The notes below the pieces were generated by a model. It did not search any database. It saw only the letters and a list, made by a program, of their open reading frames with translations, and was not told the DNA's origin. Both the position numbers and the translations under genes were made by a program. A stretch of 64,000 nt of DNA from the human T2T-CHM13v2.0 reference genome, Homo sapiens. The stretch lies in NCBI RefSeq assembly GCF_009914755.1, contig NC_060938.1. The stretch is one strand, 5' to 3'. Each line of letters starts with the position of its first letter. Within the stretch, counting starts at the first letter, position 1. Positions 14,244 through 30,039 of the stretch are shown here, one piece after another.

Positions 14244-16618
14244 AGCAACTCATCATCTTTTTTCTCTTCACCTTCTCCTGTTCCTCTTCCTTTTTTACTT
14301 CTTCTTTCTCATATAGTTCTCCTGATCTTAGGTATCATGCAGATGGAATTCTTCCTTGCCCTATGGGTCACCCAACTTGCATTTTGTTCCTAGGATTAGA
14401 GATGGTAGGATAAGGTGATGATGCCTAGTTTCTCTAAGCTCTCTGCCTCTCCTTTCCCTTACCCTGGAAAGGAGTAAGTGAAGAGCTGCTGTAGTCCGTA
14501 CTGTAGTCCTGGCCATCCATTTGTTTCCTGCTCTGCTCTGAGTTTGTCTCTGGATGTGGACTGGAAGAGTTTAGTGTATCCTTTACCCATGTTCTTCCCT
14601 GCTGCCCACCCTGAGCCTCTACAACAATCACATAAGACTCTTGGGTTTTGCACAACTGCACTTCTCTATTGCGGATGAAGTTAAAGTGATTCTATCTGTA
14701 ATGGCTTCTGGAGGACCATGTGGAACAGGCTTCCTTTTCCGAGCTTGGAAAAATTTAGGGCCTAGGTATGGGGGTCTGCTGGGGAGGTGGTGTGGTGCTG
14801 TAGAGCAAGATAGAAGATGGGCTGGAGCAAGAATAGAACTCTTTTTTCTTGACCCTTCACTGCCCTTTTCTCTTTCTTCCCACCTTTTACTAGCAGCCTC
14901 CTTGCTTGGCTTCTTGTTTTCATCTCTTACCTTTGCTTTTGTCCTTTGCTTCTTTTTCTCCTTACTTTCTCTGTTCTCCTTTTCCTCTTCTTTTTCTTTT
15001 TGGGCCCGCTCTTCTCTTTATCTGGATCCTTTTAGAGATTCAGTCAGCCGATACTGATCACTTATGCTATGTTGGTCCTATAGTCAGTCATGCAAGCAGA
15101 TGTTCGTCCTATAGTCAGAGTCTGGCACAGGGAGTTAGAGGGGGGTGGGTCAAGAGAATGAGAAAAAGAGAGAGGAAAAGAGAGAAAGAGAAAGAGAGAG
15201 TGAGAAATCTTTTTTGAATTATGTCCAGAAGCAGAATAGTGCTCATATGAGGTGCCCAGTAGATGTGGGATGAATGGGATGGGAGACAGTCTTTTTCTCA
15301 TTTAGCATCGTTTCCGCTTTATTGCTCTAAAGAACAAGAAAGTTAGTGAAAGAATAATTTCAGCAGAGAAGGTATCAAACTTAATCAAGGAGAAGAGAAG
15401 CTGTGTGGCTGGATACACAGAAGATGCAAGTGGCTGCCCTCAGCCTATTTCCTCTAAATTCAAATGAGAAATAGTGTAGTTAGTCATGCATAGGGAGAAG
15501 AGGAATCTGAGAACATAGCTGTAAGGATTCACCGTGTGACTGAATTTTGAGATTTCCTTCCCCTAGAGTTTTTCTCTGCTTCACATTCCTAGACTATTAT
15601 AGACCCAAGTCAGGGACATACATAAATGGGAGACTGAAGGGAAGAACGGTTTGCTTTACTCTGACCTGGCTTGCATTTTCCTGTTCTTTCTTTCTTTATT
15701 CTCTTTATCCTTCCTGTTTTCACAGACAGGCAACCACTTTAGTATCCTCCTAGACGTCCCTGATTCAATATATCCCTTATACCTCTGACTCACTTCCAGC
15801 AATAACCTCTTAGGAACAGTGTTGTCTCCCAGGGAATTCTAATAATAGTGGACAGGAGGTATGTCTCCATCTGTGGGCTGGCCTGATGTTTTAGAGGTGG
15901 TAATGAAGTGGTGAAAGGTGATGACCCAGCCAAGGCAGATTCCTATGCTTCCTGAGGGCGAATCCCTCTCCGGGGAAAGAGACAAAAGATTATCTAAGGT
16001 AAGGGGGAAAAAATGAGAAATAGGATGGGAAGAGGGGAAAGAAGAATAGGTGTCAGAGAAAATCGGCCACGTTAGCAATCTGTCTGGTAGGTAAACCAAG
16101 GATTTAGGAATGAAATGTGAAAGATCTCCATTGTATGGAGTGAATTATTAAGAGAATGGAATTAGCCAGGGATTAAAGCCTATATTCTCTAGTATTCAGA
16201 TGTGGCTCCATCCTCTTCAGCTTCCGTCCAGCTTCTCTCCCTAAGCGTTCCGGCACTGTTTGATGGGCATACTCATCTCCTCCGGGTCTTCACTTTGGTC
16301 AAATCTCAGTGGGTCATGTTTTTCTTTTGTTTTGTTTTGTTTTGTTTTTGTTTTTTTTGTTTAATCTGACCACGTAGACTATCGCAGGAAAGCAATTTAC
16401 AAAATACTCCACAGGCGCCTAGTGGCTCAAGCAGGAAAATATAGCTTCCATGGCTGATAACAGGGTGACAAGGCATTGTGGGGACCTCACCTCCCAGGGG
16501 CAGAAAATTAACTCACTGTAGCTCAAATTCTGCCTCATTCACAAGACTTTCACCGAGTCTTCTAATTCCAATGTAGCTTCCTCTCTACACTTCCAGGATC
16601 TGTGTTGAGCCCATATGA

Positions 16619-16952
16619 CAGATCCCAGTCCCTTATCTACAGTACCCAAATCTCTGAAGCTCTGAAAATGGAAAGTTTTTTTCAAAGTGGCCCCAAAACT
16701 CATTTAGATATGACACCTGACTAGATTGACAATGTGAGGCTATTTATCTTGTTTATTTATGCTATGTGACCATTACATATTTCACTGTGGAAATATCACT
16801 GTGTTTTGTTATGAGTAGGTCCTTCTAAGAGTGTGTTAGTCATATATGATATAAACATACACACATTAACATACAATAGTGCTTTTTAAAATCTGAAAAT
16901 GTTGGCCAAAATGCATTGGCCCCAAAAGTTTCAAGTAAGAAATTGTGGGATC
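16619..16952. mobile_element. Old Tigger-type DNA transposon remnant
   Basis: imperfect terminal inverted repeats cagatcccagtcccttatct / aagtaagaaattgtgggatct. Confidence 0.5.
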
Positions 16953-17176
16953 TATATATACTATTTAATTAGCCTTAATTAATTTGAGTATACTGGATAT
17001 GATCCTAGTTAGGCCACTAGCACCTTTGTGGAAGGATCTGTATTATAAGTTTCTTCTATATTCTTCATTGACACATTTATTAATCAATGACTATCTACCT
17101 ATGGGCCAAGGGATGTCTCCTCTACTGTTTGGAAGACACTCAAATATTGTCTTCAAAACACTCTGTACAAGTTTTT

Positions 17177-17845
<669 letters not shown>

Positions 17846-18039
17846 TTAAAAATTTTTTAATTAAAAAAAAGTTACAGGGCCCTCTTCTAGCAATATTGGT
17901 TTAATTAGTCTGAGTTGGAGCCTAGACATCAGGTGGGGTCCAGCATCTTGGAGCCTACCAGTTTTCCTGTGAATTAATGTTTCAAAACTGTTAATAAAGA
18001 TGTTGAACTGCTCAGGTTATTAACTAATATGATGTGGTG

Positions 18040-18260
18040 TGATGTAGGAGAAAAGAACCAATTCTTGGGATAAATGTGAGAATATCTCAGCTCTGCCATT
18101 CAAAAAAAAAGCAGCTGTGACTATGGGAATTGCCCTCAGCTCTCAGAATCTGAGGTTTCTTATCAGTAAAATGAGAAAATGATCATACCTACTTTATAGG
18201 GTGGCAGTGAGGATTAGATGAGATTGAACAGCCCATGGTAGGGTTCAATGAATGGCAGCT
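18040..18260 (+). mobile_element. MIR SINE
   Basis: cagctctgccatt...gctgtgact...gtttcttatcagtaaaatgagaaaatgatcatacctact...tgaggattagatgag. Confidence 0.7.
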
Positions 18261-18723
18261 GCATTTGGTGGTGATGCTGCAGGGCTCACTGCCCACAGAG
18301 AACACATAATATTTTGACGGAGTCCTTCTGGAAGCAGCACTATGACACGAAGTGCAATACCATCAGCACAGGTTTGAGTTTCAGGTGTGTTGGCAGTATG
18401 TGGACATGTGGGATCTTATAGGATTTTTAAAATTTCATTCCTTGGATGGCCACAAAATTTATATTCTAGGGCCAGTAGAGTCCTTAGACTTGAGCGAGCA
18501 GGGCCACTGCCCTCAAGGGTCCCTTTGGAGTGCCTTCCATACAGGAAGTTACCCCACTACAGTATCTGGGACTGGCTGAGGCCAGCAGTGCCATGTGGGT
18601 AGGGTGCTCTGAGCTTAGACTAGGACTGGTGTGGGCCCGGGTCCCATTTCTCCCCTTTGGAGCACTGTCTCCCCACTGCCATGTGTGGGGTCAACTAGGT
18701 GCTGCAAAAGAGTTCTGGGACTT

Positions 18724-19003
<280 letters not shown>

Positions 19004-20959
19004 CCAATGGGGCATTTCCTGTCAATGTTCTCTCTTGCCTCCAACTGGTGGGTGATAACATGCTTTCTTGGGTTGGTCTTAATCTGTGCAAGATGAAGGA
19101 TAATCACTCCTTGCATGAACAGGATGCTTTTTTCACTCTGCCCACGGGTCTCTTGCTAGTAGCAATGTGTGGAAGGTAGGAATGTGGTTAGTTGTAAAAG
19201 AGGTCACGTTCTAGGAATGCAGTAATTACGGCTTAAAGAGTTCAAGAGAAAATATGATTGGAAGATATGTTTTATGTTTATACTACAAAACTCCAAATGG
19301 CAAATTCTACATGGCCTGAAAATTAATTATCATTCTCATTTTCTGGCATATTCTGGATAAGACTTGCATTTGTGATCATCACCAACAACATAAAGTAATA
19401 AAGTAACCTTTGAGAGAGTCATTGGAAGTTGGTATTTAGGCCATAAACTGGATAATTCCCTGTCATGAGTAACACTATAACTGACATTAAATGGCATTAG
19501 GAAACTACAGAGGCAAGAAGATACAAATTGTTTCAATTTAAATAGGTTTCGAAGAGCTGTAGCAGTGTGATACCCTTTTTTCTTGTGGTTGGAGACATGA
19601 AATATTCAAGAATGGTGCATTTGACAGTAAGGAGTGTGAAGAAATGATTCCTAGATCTAACAGGAAGAGATGATATCTGGACAGTCCGAAGAATCTCCAT
19701 ATACATTGATGGGACAATAAAGAAATATATAGTATCTCTTTCTTTTCTCATTATTCTAAAACTTCATTGACAAATCATGATACTTCACTTGGGCTCATAA
19801 ATTTTGTAATATATTTAAACATGAAACTGTTTATATAGATAGGGCCCTCTTCCTCACCCTTACCCCCCAAAAAATTTAGCCAGGGCCACACACAGTAGAG
19901 GCAGCTCTGGTTGTGGCTGTATCCAAGGTAATGTCTCATGTGTTATGTCCTTATTAGGCTCTCGACAAGAAGTCATCTCCTCGCCTTCCTCAAGTGCTCA
20001 GTCTACCAAGCAGGGTAGCCTCAGTTGGTTCTTTTCAAGCCTCTCTTTCCCATGAAATGAAGTTACGTTATCCAGCAGAGATTCATTGCTGGTGGGGTCA
20101 AAAGGAACTCCAGGGCACAGAGTTTCTGTCATTTTCAGCAATGCTTTGATTTAGCGTGGAATTTGTTGATGTTCCTGCCTCCATTTCCTGTATCCTACGC
20201 AGAGACCTGCCTTTCTCTCCTCTTCACATTTTTGCAATGGGCTCCAGTTTGTTTTCAGAAAGTGATTCACATCCCAGAGACGTCACTTCCAGGAGCAGCT
20301 GGGCTGATTCTTTATAAGAATTATGATTCAGAAACCCAGTTAAGTTTGGATTTAGGGGAAAGGTAAGGGGAAGAGGAAAATGGTAATATTAAGGCTAAGC
20401 AACAGAGGCAATGAGGGAAATGTGAGTCTCATGTTGAGACATAATAGTCCATTACCTATGGAAATAGGATTTCAGGAGGTACTGGGATGCCCCAGTGTTT
20501 GAAAATGTCAGCTCTCCAGCACTAGCATGAGGTTAGTGTTTGGAATTATATCCTTATAAACTTATTGCATATCCCTATACACAAGTATATAAAATTATTA
20601 ACTTCAAAAAATGGGATCTTCGGCACATTTATAAGGTGACAACAAGAAAAGAAAAAAGCAAAATAGGCCTTATTCTATGAATGCTTTTGCATGCGTTTGG
20701 CACTGTGCTACCTACTTACTGGGTATACAGTCATTAAAACAAAACAAAACAAAACAAAAGAAACAGGCTTTGCAACATATCCACAAATGAGATCCAGAGG
20801 GGATAATTGTGATAGGAAGAAGGAAGGTGATGTGATTAGAGCCAGCCCTGGGCACTGCTCTGGAAAGCTGGTCTTGCTAAGGACCAAACATACAGCAAGC
20901 ATCTGTATTAGAAGACTGGGGTTAAAATAATATATTTGTAAGGTTGAGAACAGTTGATA

Positions 20960-21655
<696 letters not shown>

Positions 21656-21791
21656 AATAGGGAATTCATTTTTCTTGAAGCCCTCCAAGAGCTGAAGGTC
21701 AGGGGCCCAAGCTGGAGATCACTTCAGGCAGGTGGGCAGGGTAGACTCTAGAATGTCAGTGAAGCATAATGGTTAAGCACATGGAATCTGG

Positions 21792-21936
21792 AACTTCAAT
21801 TGAAAATTCCAGAACTTTCATTGAAATTGTACTTCTAACATTTACTAGCTTATCTTAGGTAAGTAACTTCGATTGAAAGTTCCAGAACTGCGTTAAAATT
21901 GTAGTTCTAACATTTACTAGCTTATCTTAGGTAAGT
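21792..21936. repeat. Two-copy tandem duplication, unit about 72-73 bp
   Basis: aacttc(a/g)attgaaa(a/g)ttccagaact...ttctaacatttactagcttatcttaggtaagt at 21792 and 21865. Confidence 0.9.
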
Positions 21937-22011
21937 AGCCTCTCTGGTTATACCCAGTAGAACTAACACAATGCCTTGTGCATTGTAGGTGTTCAATGTG
22001 TATATATCTAG

Positions 22012-22373
<362 letters not shown>

Positions 22374-22436
22374 ATGACTTGATCTTCCCTGGTCCAATAT
22401 TCTGGCCCCTGAATCAGTGATGTTTCCATTACACTA

Positions 22437-22780
<344 letters not shown>

Positions 22781-22781
22781 T

Positions 22782-22904
22782 ATTTTTAGAGATGGGGGGC
22801 TTTCTATATTGCCTAGACTGGCCTTAAACTCCTGGCCTCAAGTAATCCTGTTGCCTTGGCCTCCCAAAGTGCTGGGATTATAAGGGTGAGCCACTGCACC
22901 TGAC
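22782..22904 (-). mobile_element. Alu left monomer (FLAM/AluJ-type)
   Basis: tagagatggggg...ctcaagtaatcc...cccaaagtgctgggatta. Confidence 0.8.
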
Positions 22905-22992
22905 CTTTCTTGATCTGTGGTTAGTTGTCCATCTGTCATCAATATCTGAGACTATAGAAGCTCTTGATAAGAGCTTCATGTGTTTTAGCTAT

Positions 22993-23566
22993 TATGGTAG
23001 CCTTAAAATGTGTCCACACAGTCACTAATGCTCTTCCCTCCAAAAGGTGAGCTTAATCTCTCTCTCCTTGAGTGTGACTGAATTCAGTGAGAGAATCTGC
23101 TAGAAATGGATTCACTTCCAGCGAACAGAATGTGATCAAAGTGATGGCATGCCTCTTCTGAAATAGGTCCAAAAAAGGATTTGGCTTCCTCCTTGCTCTT
23201 GAGCTCACATCACTCGCTCTGGGGGTAAGCTAGGTGCCATATCATATGAACACTCAAGCAGCACAATGGAGAGACCCATGTGGGAATTGAGGTCTCCTGC
23301 CAACACCAGGAAGGAATTAAGACCTCCTCCCAAAGGCCGTGTGGGTGAGCCATCTTGCAAGCAGCTCCTCCAACCCCAGTCAAACCTTCAGATGACTGCA
23401 GCCCTAGCTGACATTTTTACTGCAAGCTTATGAGAGACCCTGAACCAGAACCTATCAGTTAACCTTCTTCTAAATTCTTGACCTTTAGAAACTGCAACAT
23501 GGTAAATATTTGTTGCTTTAACTGCTAAGTTTTACAGTAATTTGTTTCACAGCAATAGATAATATA
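22993..23566 (+). mobile_element. MaLR solo LTR (MLT1E/F-like)
   Basis: cccagtcaaaccttcagatgactgcagccc...gagaccctgaaccagaac...tgctaagttttacagtaatttgtttcacagcaatagataa. Confidence 0.8.
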
Positions 23567-23899
23567 GTTATGAAATGCAAGACTTTCTGGTCTGGAATGG
23601 CTCATTATAGTGTTTTTTCCATCTCTCCACTCATATCATTTTTTCTTTATCTAGTAACTAAAGAATTATTTTACTTCCTCTCCCCTTCCCCACTCCCAGG
23701 CTAATAATTGACCTACCAACTTAGTTAAAAAACATAGAATGTTTATCATTTTTAGTACATTTATAAGCTTATGAAATGTATTTTCTTATCCAGTTATCTC
23801 CAGAAATATTAAAGATTACTGTTTATTCTGATTATTTTAAGTTCCTCACATAGAAAAAAGATACTATTTAACATTGTCATGGGTTAGGGTACCAGGCAG

Positions 23900-24530
23900 G
23901 TAAGAATATACGCCGATACACACACTTTCTAGAGGGCAATTTGATAATATGCAGCAAAAGTGCCTAATATTTTTTTTTAAATCTTTGACCCCAGGATTTT
24001 ACTTTTCATAATTTATCCTAAGGAATCAATTTGGCAAATGCATAAAGTTGTATGAATAAAAATGTTCATCATAGCATGATTTATAATGGTAAAAGTAAAA
24101 AAATTCTAAGTGTCCAACATCAGGGATTATTTAAATAAATAGTAGTTTAACAATGAAATAGTATTCAGTCCCTAAAGGGATAGTAAAGGCCTAAATTTAT
24201 TGACGTGAAAGAATGTAGATGAATTCAGTGAAAAAAATTTATGGTGTGTTTATTATTATTTCATTTTGTGAAAACACATGCCTACCTTTGTAAATAACAT
24301 TTTATATATATATGTTTTCTAATATATATTTAACTTTCTTATACATGCATATATATATATATGCGTGTAAAAAATCCTGGAAGGATAGATATCAAAATGT
24401 CATCAGTGGTTAACTTTCAGTGATGAGATTTAGGGCAATTTTAATTGATTCATTATTTTCAAATTTATTTGTATTTTCTAATATTTTTCCTAGTGATTTA
24501 ATGAATAAAAATAGCAATACCATTCATTGT
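23900..24530 (+). mobile_element. Old L1ME-type 3' fragment
   Basis: ctttgaccccaggattttacttttcataatttatcctaagga...aatgttcatcatagcatgatttataat. Confidence 0.65.
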
Positions 24531-25389
24531 AAAAAAAATTAGGAAAATACAGACGAAAAAGGAGAAAATCATGGTCAAATGTAGTCACACTATTTAAGAT
24601 TAATCACCCTTAATATTTAGGTGCATATACTTTTAGATTTTTATGTGCAAATATACATACGAACATGTATATGTTAAAAAACTTGGAATCAAATATTATT
24701 TACAGGGTTGCCTTATAATTTTGAACTGTAATTTTAAATGTTTGAAGTAACATCAATCTCAGAAAAATTGCAAGTACAACACAAATAACTCTTTTTTTTT
24801 TTCCAGAACCATTTGAGAGTAAGTTAATGAATGCGCCTCCATTCCTGAATACTTTGGTGTGCCTTTCTTGTAACAAGGATATTCTCATATACAGCTATCA
24901 AAATCAGGACATTAACGTTAACATTCACATTATGCTACCATCTAACTCAGACTCTACTCAAATTTTACCATTTGTCTCAATAATGTTCTTTAGAGCAAAA
25001 AGATCCAATCAGAATCATGTGTTTCATTTAGTAGTCATGTCTCTTTATTCTCATTTGTTGTAATACAATTCCGCAGGCTTTCTTAGACTTTGACTCTTTT
25101 GAAGATTCCAGTCCAGTTATTTTGTAGAATGTTTCTCCATGTGGGTTTGTCCTGATTAGATTTAGATTCTCCATCTTTGGCAGAGATGTCACAAAAATGG
25201 TGCATGTTCTTCCCACTGCATCCTCTAAGTTTCAATTCAATTTCAATTTAAACCATTATTGATGATGTTTACTTTGTTCACCTGATTAAAATGAAATCTG
25301 CCAGCCTTCTCTACTGAAGTTATTATTTTTTTCTTTGTAACTACTAAGTATTTTGTAGTGGATGCATTTTTAAACTATGTAAGTATTTC

Positions 25390-25849
25390 AGCTGGGTCCG
25401 GTTGGCTCAGGCCTGTAATCCCAGCACTTTGGGAGGCTGGGGGGTTGGTGGAGGGTGAAGATCACCTGAGATCAGGAGTTCGAGACCAGCCTGGCCAACA
25501 TGGCAAAACCTCATCTCTACTAAAATTATAAATATTAGCTGGGTGTGATGGCAGTTGCCTGTAGTTGCAGTTACTCAAGATGCTAAGGCAGGAGAATCAC
25601 TTGAACTTGGGAGGCTGAGGTTGCTGTAAGGTGAGATTGCCTCACTGCATTCCAAGCTGGTTGACAGAGCAAGACTCCATCTCAAAAAGAAGAAGGAGAA
25701 GGAGGAGGAGGGAGGAGGGAGGAGGGAGGAGGGAGGAGGGAGGAGAAGGGGAAGTGGAAGGGGAAGGGGAAGAGGAAAGAGAAGGAGAAGGAGAAGAAGA
25801 AGAAGAAGAAGAAGAAGAAGAAGAAGAAGAAGAAGAAGAAGAAGAAGAA
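25390..25849 (+). mobile_element. Alu (AluS-type) with tail expanded into a GGA/GAA purine tract
   Basis: Alu body 25390-25684; TSD aaact(a/g)tgta(a/g)gtattt brackets the whole purine tract. Confidence 0.92.
25793..25849 (+). repeat. (GAA)19 triplet repeat
   Basis: 19 uninterrupted GAA units counted. Confidence 0.95.
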
Positions 25850-26012
25850 AACTGTGTAGGTATTTAAATCCTTATATTTTAAATGCATTCATTTATTTAT
25901 ATCAGTATGGATTCATGGTTTCTTGTTTTATTCAATGAGTTATAAGTTGTCCCAGATTAGCCAGTGGAAGCTATTTTAATAGGGCTTCTGTGTGTTTTTG
26001 ATGTATCCCTAT

Positions 26013-26266
26013 TCTTTCTCCTCCTCCTCCTCCTCCTCTTCTTCTTCTTCTTCTTCCTCCTCTTCTTCTTCCTCTTCCTCCTCTTTTTCTTCTTCTTTCT
26101 CTCTTCTTCTTCTTTTCTTTGCTCTGTTGTCCAAGCTGGAGTGCAGGGGTGTGATCATGGCTCACTGCTTTCAAACTCCTGGGCTCAAGCAATGCTCCTA
26201 CCTCAACCTCCTGAGTAGCTGAGACTACAGGTGTGCATGACCATGCCCAGCTAATGTTTGTTCTTT

Positions 26267-26328
<62 letters not shown>

Positions 26329-26502
26329 TTCCTTCCTTTCTTTCTTTCTCTTTCTTTCTTCTTTCTTTCTTTTTCATTTTTTGTAGAGATAGTGTCTCAC
26401 TATGTTGCACAGGCCGGTCTCTGAACTCCTGGGCTCAAGGGGTCCTCCTGCCTCGGCCTCCCAAAGTTCTGAGATTACAGGCATGAGCCACCATGCCCAG
26501 CC
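26013..26502 (-). mobile_element. Alu (AluJ-type) with (CCT/CTT)n tail and (TTTC)n linker
   Basis: pyrimidine tail 26013-26120, right arm to about 26255, (TTTC)n 26262-26375, left arm to 26502. Confidence 0.9.
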
Positions 26503-26776
26503 TCCCCATCATTATTTAGGCAGTTCCTTGCTTTTAGAAACTACAAGATGGTCCAAGCTCATTTTATATTTTCCTTCCCCTGGAACCAGTCATTTTTCTA
26601 AGATGACCTGGTTGTGTTTAGTGACGAACAGTATTTTGAAACCTGGATCTGGGTGCTAGGTAGGTGCTCATTGCTGTTGGGGTGAGAGAGCTCTAAGGCT
26701 GTCTCAGTGGACATAGGTGGGAATATGGCAAATAGCCAATCACACTCACACTCACATGTATTTGCATGTATTTTCT

Positions 26777-28533
26777 CTTTTTTCTTTCTTTCGTTTTTTT
26801 AATTTTTGCTTACAAACCTTTTTTATTTCTCTTATTTTTGAGAAAATCTGATCCTACTGAACTTTGCATGAAGATTTCAAATCTATATGCAAATACGCAT
26901 AGGCATTATTGTTTTGCATATGGAAAAATGAGGGCTCAAGTCATAGAAATATATGATGGCAGATCAGTGAGGAAATCCTGGGCTATTTTCTAACATGATA
27001 GAATAGGGTTTCAGACCTCTTGAATTCAGCAAGGATGTAATTTACAAGTAACTACTCCCTTGAAAATCAGAGTGACCACACTTGTAGTGAAATTCATTCC
27101 TGTGGTGCTTGCTGGATTCCATTCTGGTGCTGGAAGCTGGACTGGAGACTGACCATGTTCCTTCAGGTATCCTCAGCAGTGTACAAGGGAAGCTCCTTTC
27201 TGAGGGAACCATGCTTGCATGTAGACCTTCACAGTAGTGCAACATAACTTCTCAGAGATCAACATGCCACCATTCAGTGAACTTGGGAATTTCAAGAGGA
27301 GGCTAAGTGTCAGCACAGCGTCTACTGAAGTGCAATGCCTGCTTCTTAGGGAAGGCAACAACTCACTAGAAGCAGGCCCTTCAGATCCACAGGTGGATGA
27401 AATGAGGATTATTACTCAGCCAAAAAGGACCGGTTGAGTGGCTGGAAGGTTCAATGGCTCATCATCCTCTTGTTTAATAGCAACATATGGGATTTCCTGT
27501 CCCTGGGGGTGTGGCAGAGCAGAGTACCCAAAGTACAAGTGGTGACCTGGCCACTGATGTGCAGTTTTCCATAGATCTCATTAAATCTGGCCACAAGGGC
27601 AGGCATATCCTTCACTTTTCCTTCACTTTTGCCAGCACTTCCTCTGAGAATGCATGTCTTTTCACAAATTTTAATAAATTTCCTTCTGCAGCATTTTTTT
27701 AGTGTCTCTATCAGGGTTTCCAACATATTTGACTGGATATGGATTATAATAGTTAAGTTAGTGCAGGCTATGCTTTCTGGATTCATGGTTTGAGAAAAAA
27801 ATGGACATAGCTTTTGCCACTTGGTTCTGATTCAGAGCTAACGCCACAAAGAAGCGGGATGCTCTCCTGGAGGGAACCTCTCCTTTGAGTGGGGCTTCTT
27901 CTGTTAATGCAGAACAGATTTTGAAAGACTCAGCGCTCTTCAGTTTGTTGCAAACTGCAAAACTAAGAACATAGGATATTTGGTGAATTTCACAGCTTGA
28001 TTTTTCATCTCTATCAATACTTCCAAAGCACTTTTATATTTGCCTTTGATAAATAACATATCCATCAAAATATTGAATGATGTGGAATCTGAGAAGGAAT
28101 CTCATAAATGCTGGTCTTTCATGAGCCCCTCAAGATCCAACCCATAACAGACTCATGAAAAGTGGTCCAAACCTATACTCCCCCAAAGTGATATTTCTGT
28201 TCCCTGCATGGTACCTGTAAATGACATTTTTAGCCAGCTCCACATGGTCCTGGGACCCACAAAAATAAAGTAAGGTTATCAACTCCACCTTCAAGATGAG
28301 CTTGTCAGTTTCTCTTCCAAATTCCTAAAATAGGTTTCTTTAGGAAAGATTACATGCAACAGCCACCTTCTTGTGCTGAAATTCTTTTAATTTCACAATA
28401 CTATCTGTAAGTAGGTATCTGTTAGCTCTGAAAGGACAGCAGCCACAGGCAAAGCTGGAGGCTCCCACCCCAGGATACACCGAAATCTGCAGCAACCTGC
28501 AGGAGAACTCGATTCGAGGGCCTAAGTGCAGCA
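26777..28533 (-). pseudogene. PTCD2P1: Processed pseudogene of PTCD2 (pentatricopeptide repeat domain 2)
   Basis: translations [49 protein letters not shown] and LCHTPRDRKSHMLLLNKRM match PTCD2; intronless; stops/frameshifts; former stop at 27414-27412; decayed poly-A; TSD catgtattttct (26765-26776 / 28534-28545). Symbol from recall of the locus. Confidence 0.92.
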
Positions 28534-29081
28534 CATGTATTTTCTTTATGTAACATGTAAGTTCTCACATGTATTTTCTTTATGTAACTATATTGAAAAC
28601 CATACGTTTATACCAATACCTCAATTCAAATCCAACCCCACAAGCTCATATTAGGTTTTCTCTTCCCATATTTATATCTTAATTTTCTTATTTATAACTT
28701 TTTGACTTATAAATTTCTTCTCCCATATTCTTTAATGTAGTTGCTTATTGCATGCATCTTCATGTATGTAACCAATCTCACCTTGCTGCCGCCATTCCCC
28801 CTCCCATATGGATGCCCTTTGCCCACTCTGGCTCTGACACTCTGTGCCAGGGCTGCCCCTCTACATGGGTGTCCACCATTTGGGCCTGGATATCTCACAC
28901 TAGGCAACCCCTCTGAGTGGACATCTCCTCCACTTGCTCAGGCTGTGATTCTGCAGGCTGTGTTCCCCTCTCAGCCCCCTCAGACATCCCTCACCAGGGA
29001 CACCTTTTCATCTCTCTTGGGTTCTGAGTTCTTATTCCTGTGCCAGATGGCCCCTCCTCATCAATGTCTATGACCTTGTTC

Positions 29082-29097
29082 TGCCCCACCTGGTGGC
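29082..29097 (-). promoter_or_regulatory. Possible CTCF motif
   Basis: minus strand gCCACCAGGTGGgGCa, one mismatch to CCACCAGGTGGCGC. Confidence 0.35.
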
Positions 29098-29304
29098 TTT
29101 AGGACTAAATGGTTTAGAAAGGGAAGGTTAGGGAAAGAGGACTTATATCTTTTGAAAATTCTATTATATAATAGAATTTTCCATATTGTTGAGTAGTCAT
29201 TAAAAAGTTTTACTCGATATATTTTATTCTATTAATGTAATGTGATTTATTTAAGTATTCCCTCTTTTGTCACATTAAGGTGATTTCCAATCGTAAGTAA
29301 TTTG

Positions 29305-29600
29305 GGCTGGGCATGGTAGCTCATGCCTATAATCCAGCACTTTGGGAGGCTGAGGCAGGTGTATCATGAGGTCAGGAGTTCAAGACCAGCCTGGCCAACA
29401 TGGTGACACCCTGTCTCTACTAAAAATACAAAAATTACCTGGGCATGGTGGTGGGCGCCTGTAATCCCAGCTACTCGGGAGCTGAGGCAGGAGAATTCCT
29501 TGAACCTGGGAGGCAGAGGTTGCAGTGAGCTGAGATCGTGCCACTGCACTCCAGCTTGGGTGACAGAGGAAGACTCCATCTCAAATAAATAAATAAATAA
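29305..29600 (+). mobile_element. Alu (AluS-type) with (TAAA)n tail
   Basis: Alu dimer; TSD aa(g/a)taatttg. Confidence 0.93.
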
Positions 29601-30039
29601 TTTGCAGGCTGTTTTCCCTCAAACGAATTCCCTCTAATGGTGTCCTCTACTAGGAAAGGTGTCCTGTACTCACTAATCCATCAAAGGTCTATTGACTTTA
29701 CAACATATTAAGGTTTAGCTCAACTCCACCTCCCTCCCCTCTTCCTAATATAGCTATATTTCAGTTCTCTTGTTTACCTTTCTAACTTAATACTATGCTA
29801 ATCATTTTAGTATCTTTTTCAGATAGGCACTGGGTATTCTGAGTTCCTATTTTGTAAAATAAGAATATTAGTATCCTTCTTTTCATTCACTCTCTTTTCG
29901 TCTGTGTCCCAGCTTCAGTCAACTGTACTTTACTTTTACATTGCCTTGATTGTTAATATTAATATTTAATTCTGTAACCAAAATTAAGACTTAAGTTCAT
30001 TGACTGTAAAAGCTGAAAATTGATACAAAATATTTATAT

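Larger units (their letters stand above)
24700..28680 (-). mobile_element. Old L1MC-type 3' region, broken by two Alus and the PTCD2 retrocopy
   Basis: ccagaaccatttgagagtaagtt; tacaagatggtccaagctcattttatattttcc; text resumes after 28590 (tatattgaaaaccat...ccaatacctcaattcaaatccaac). Confidence 0.65.
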
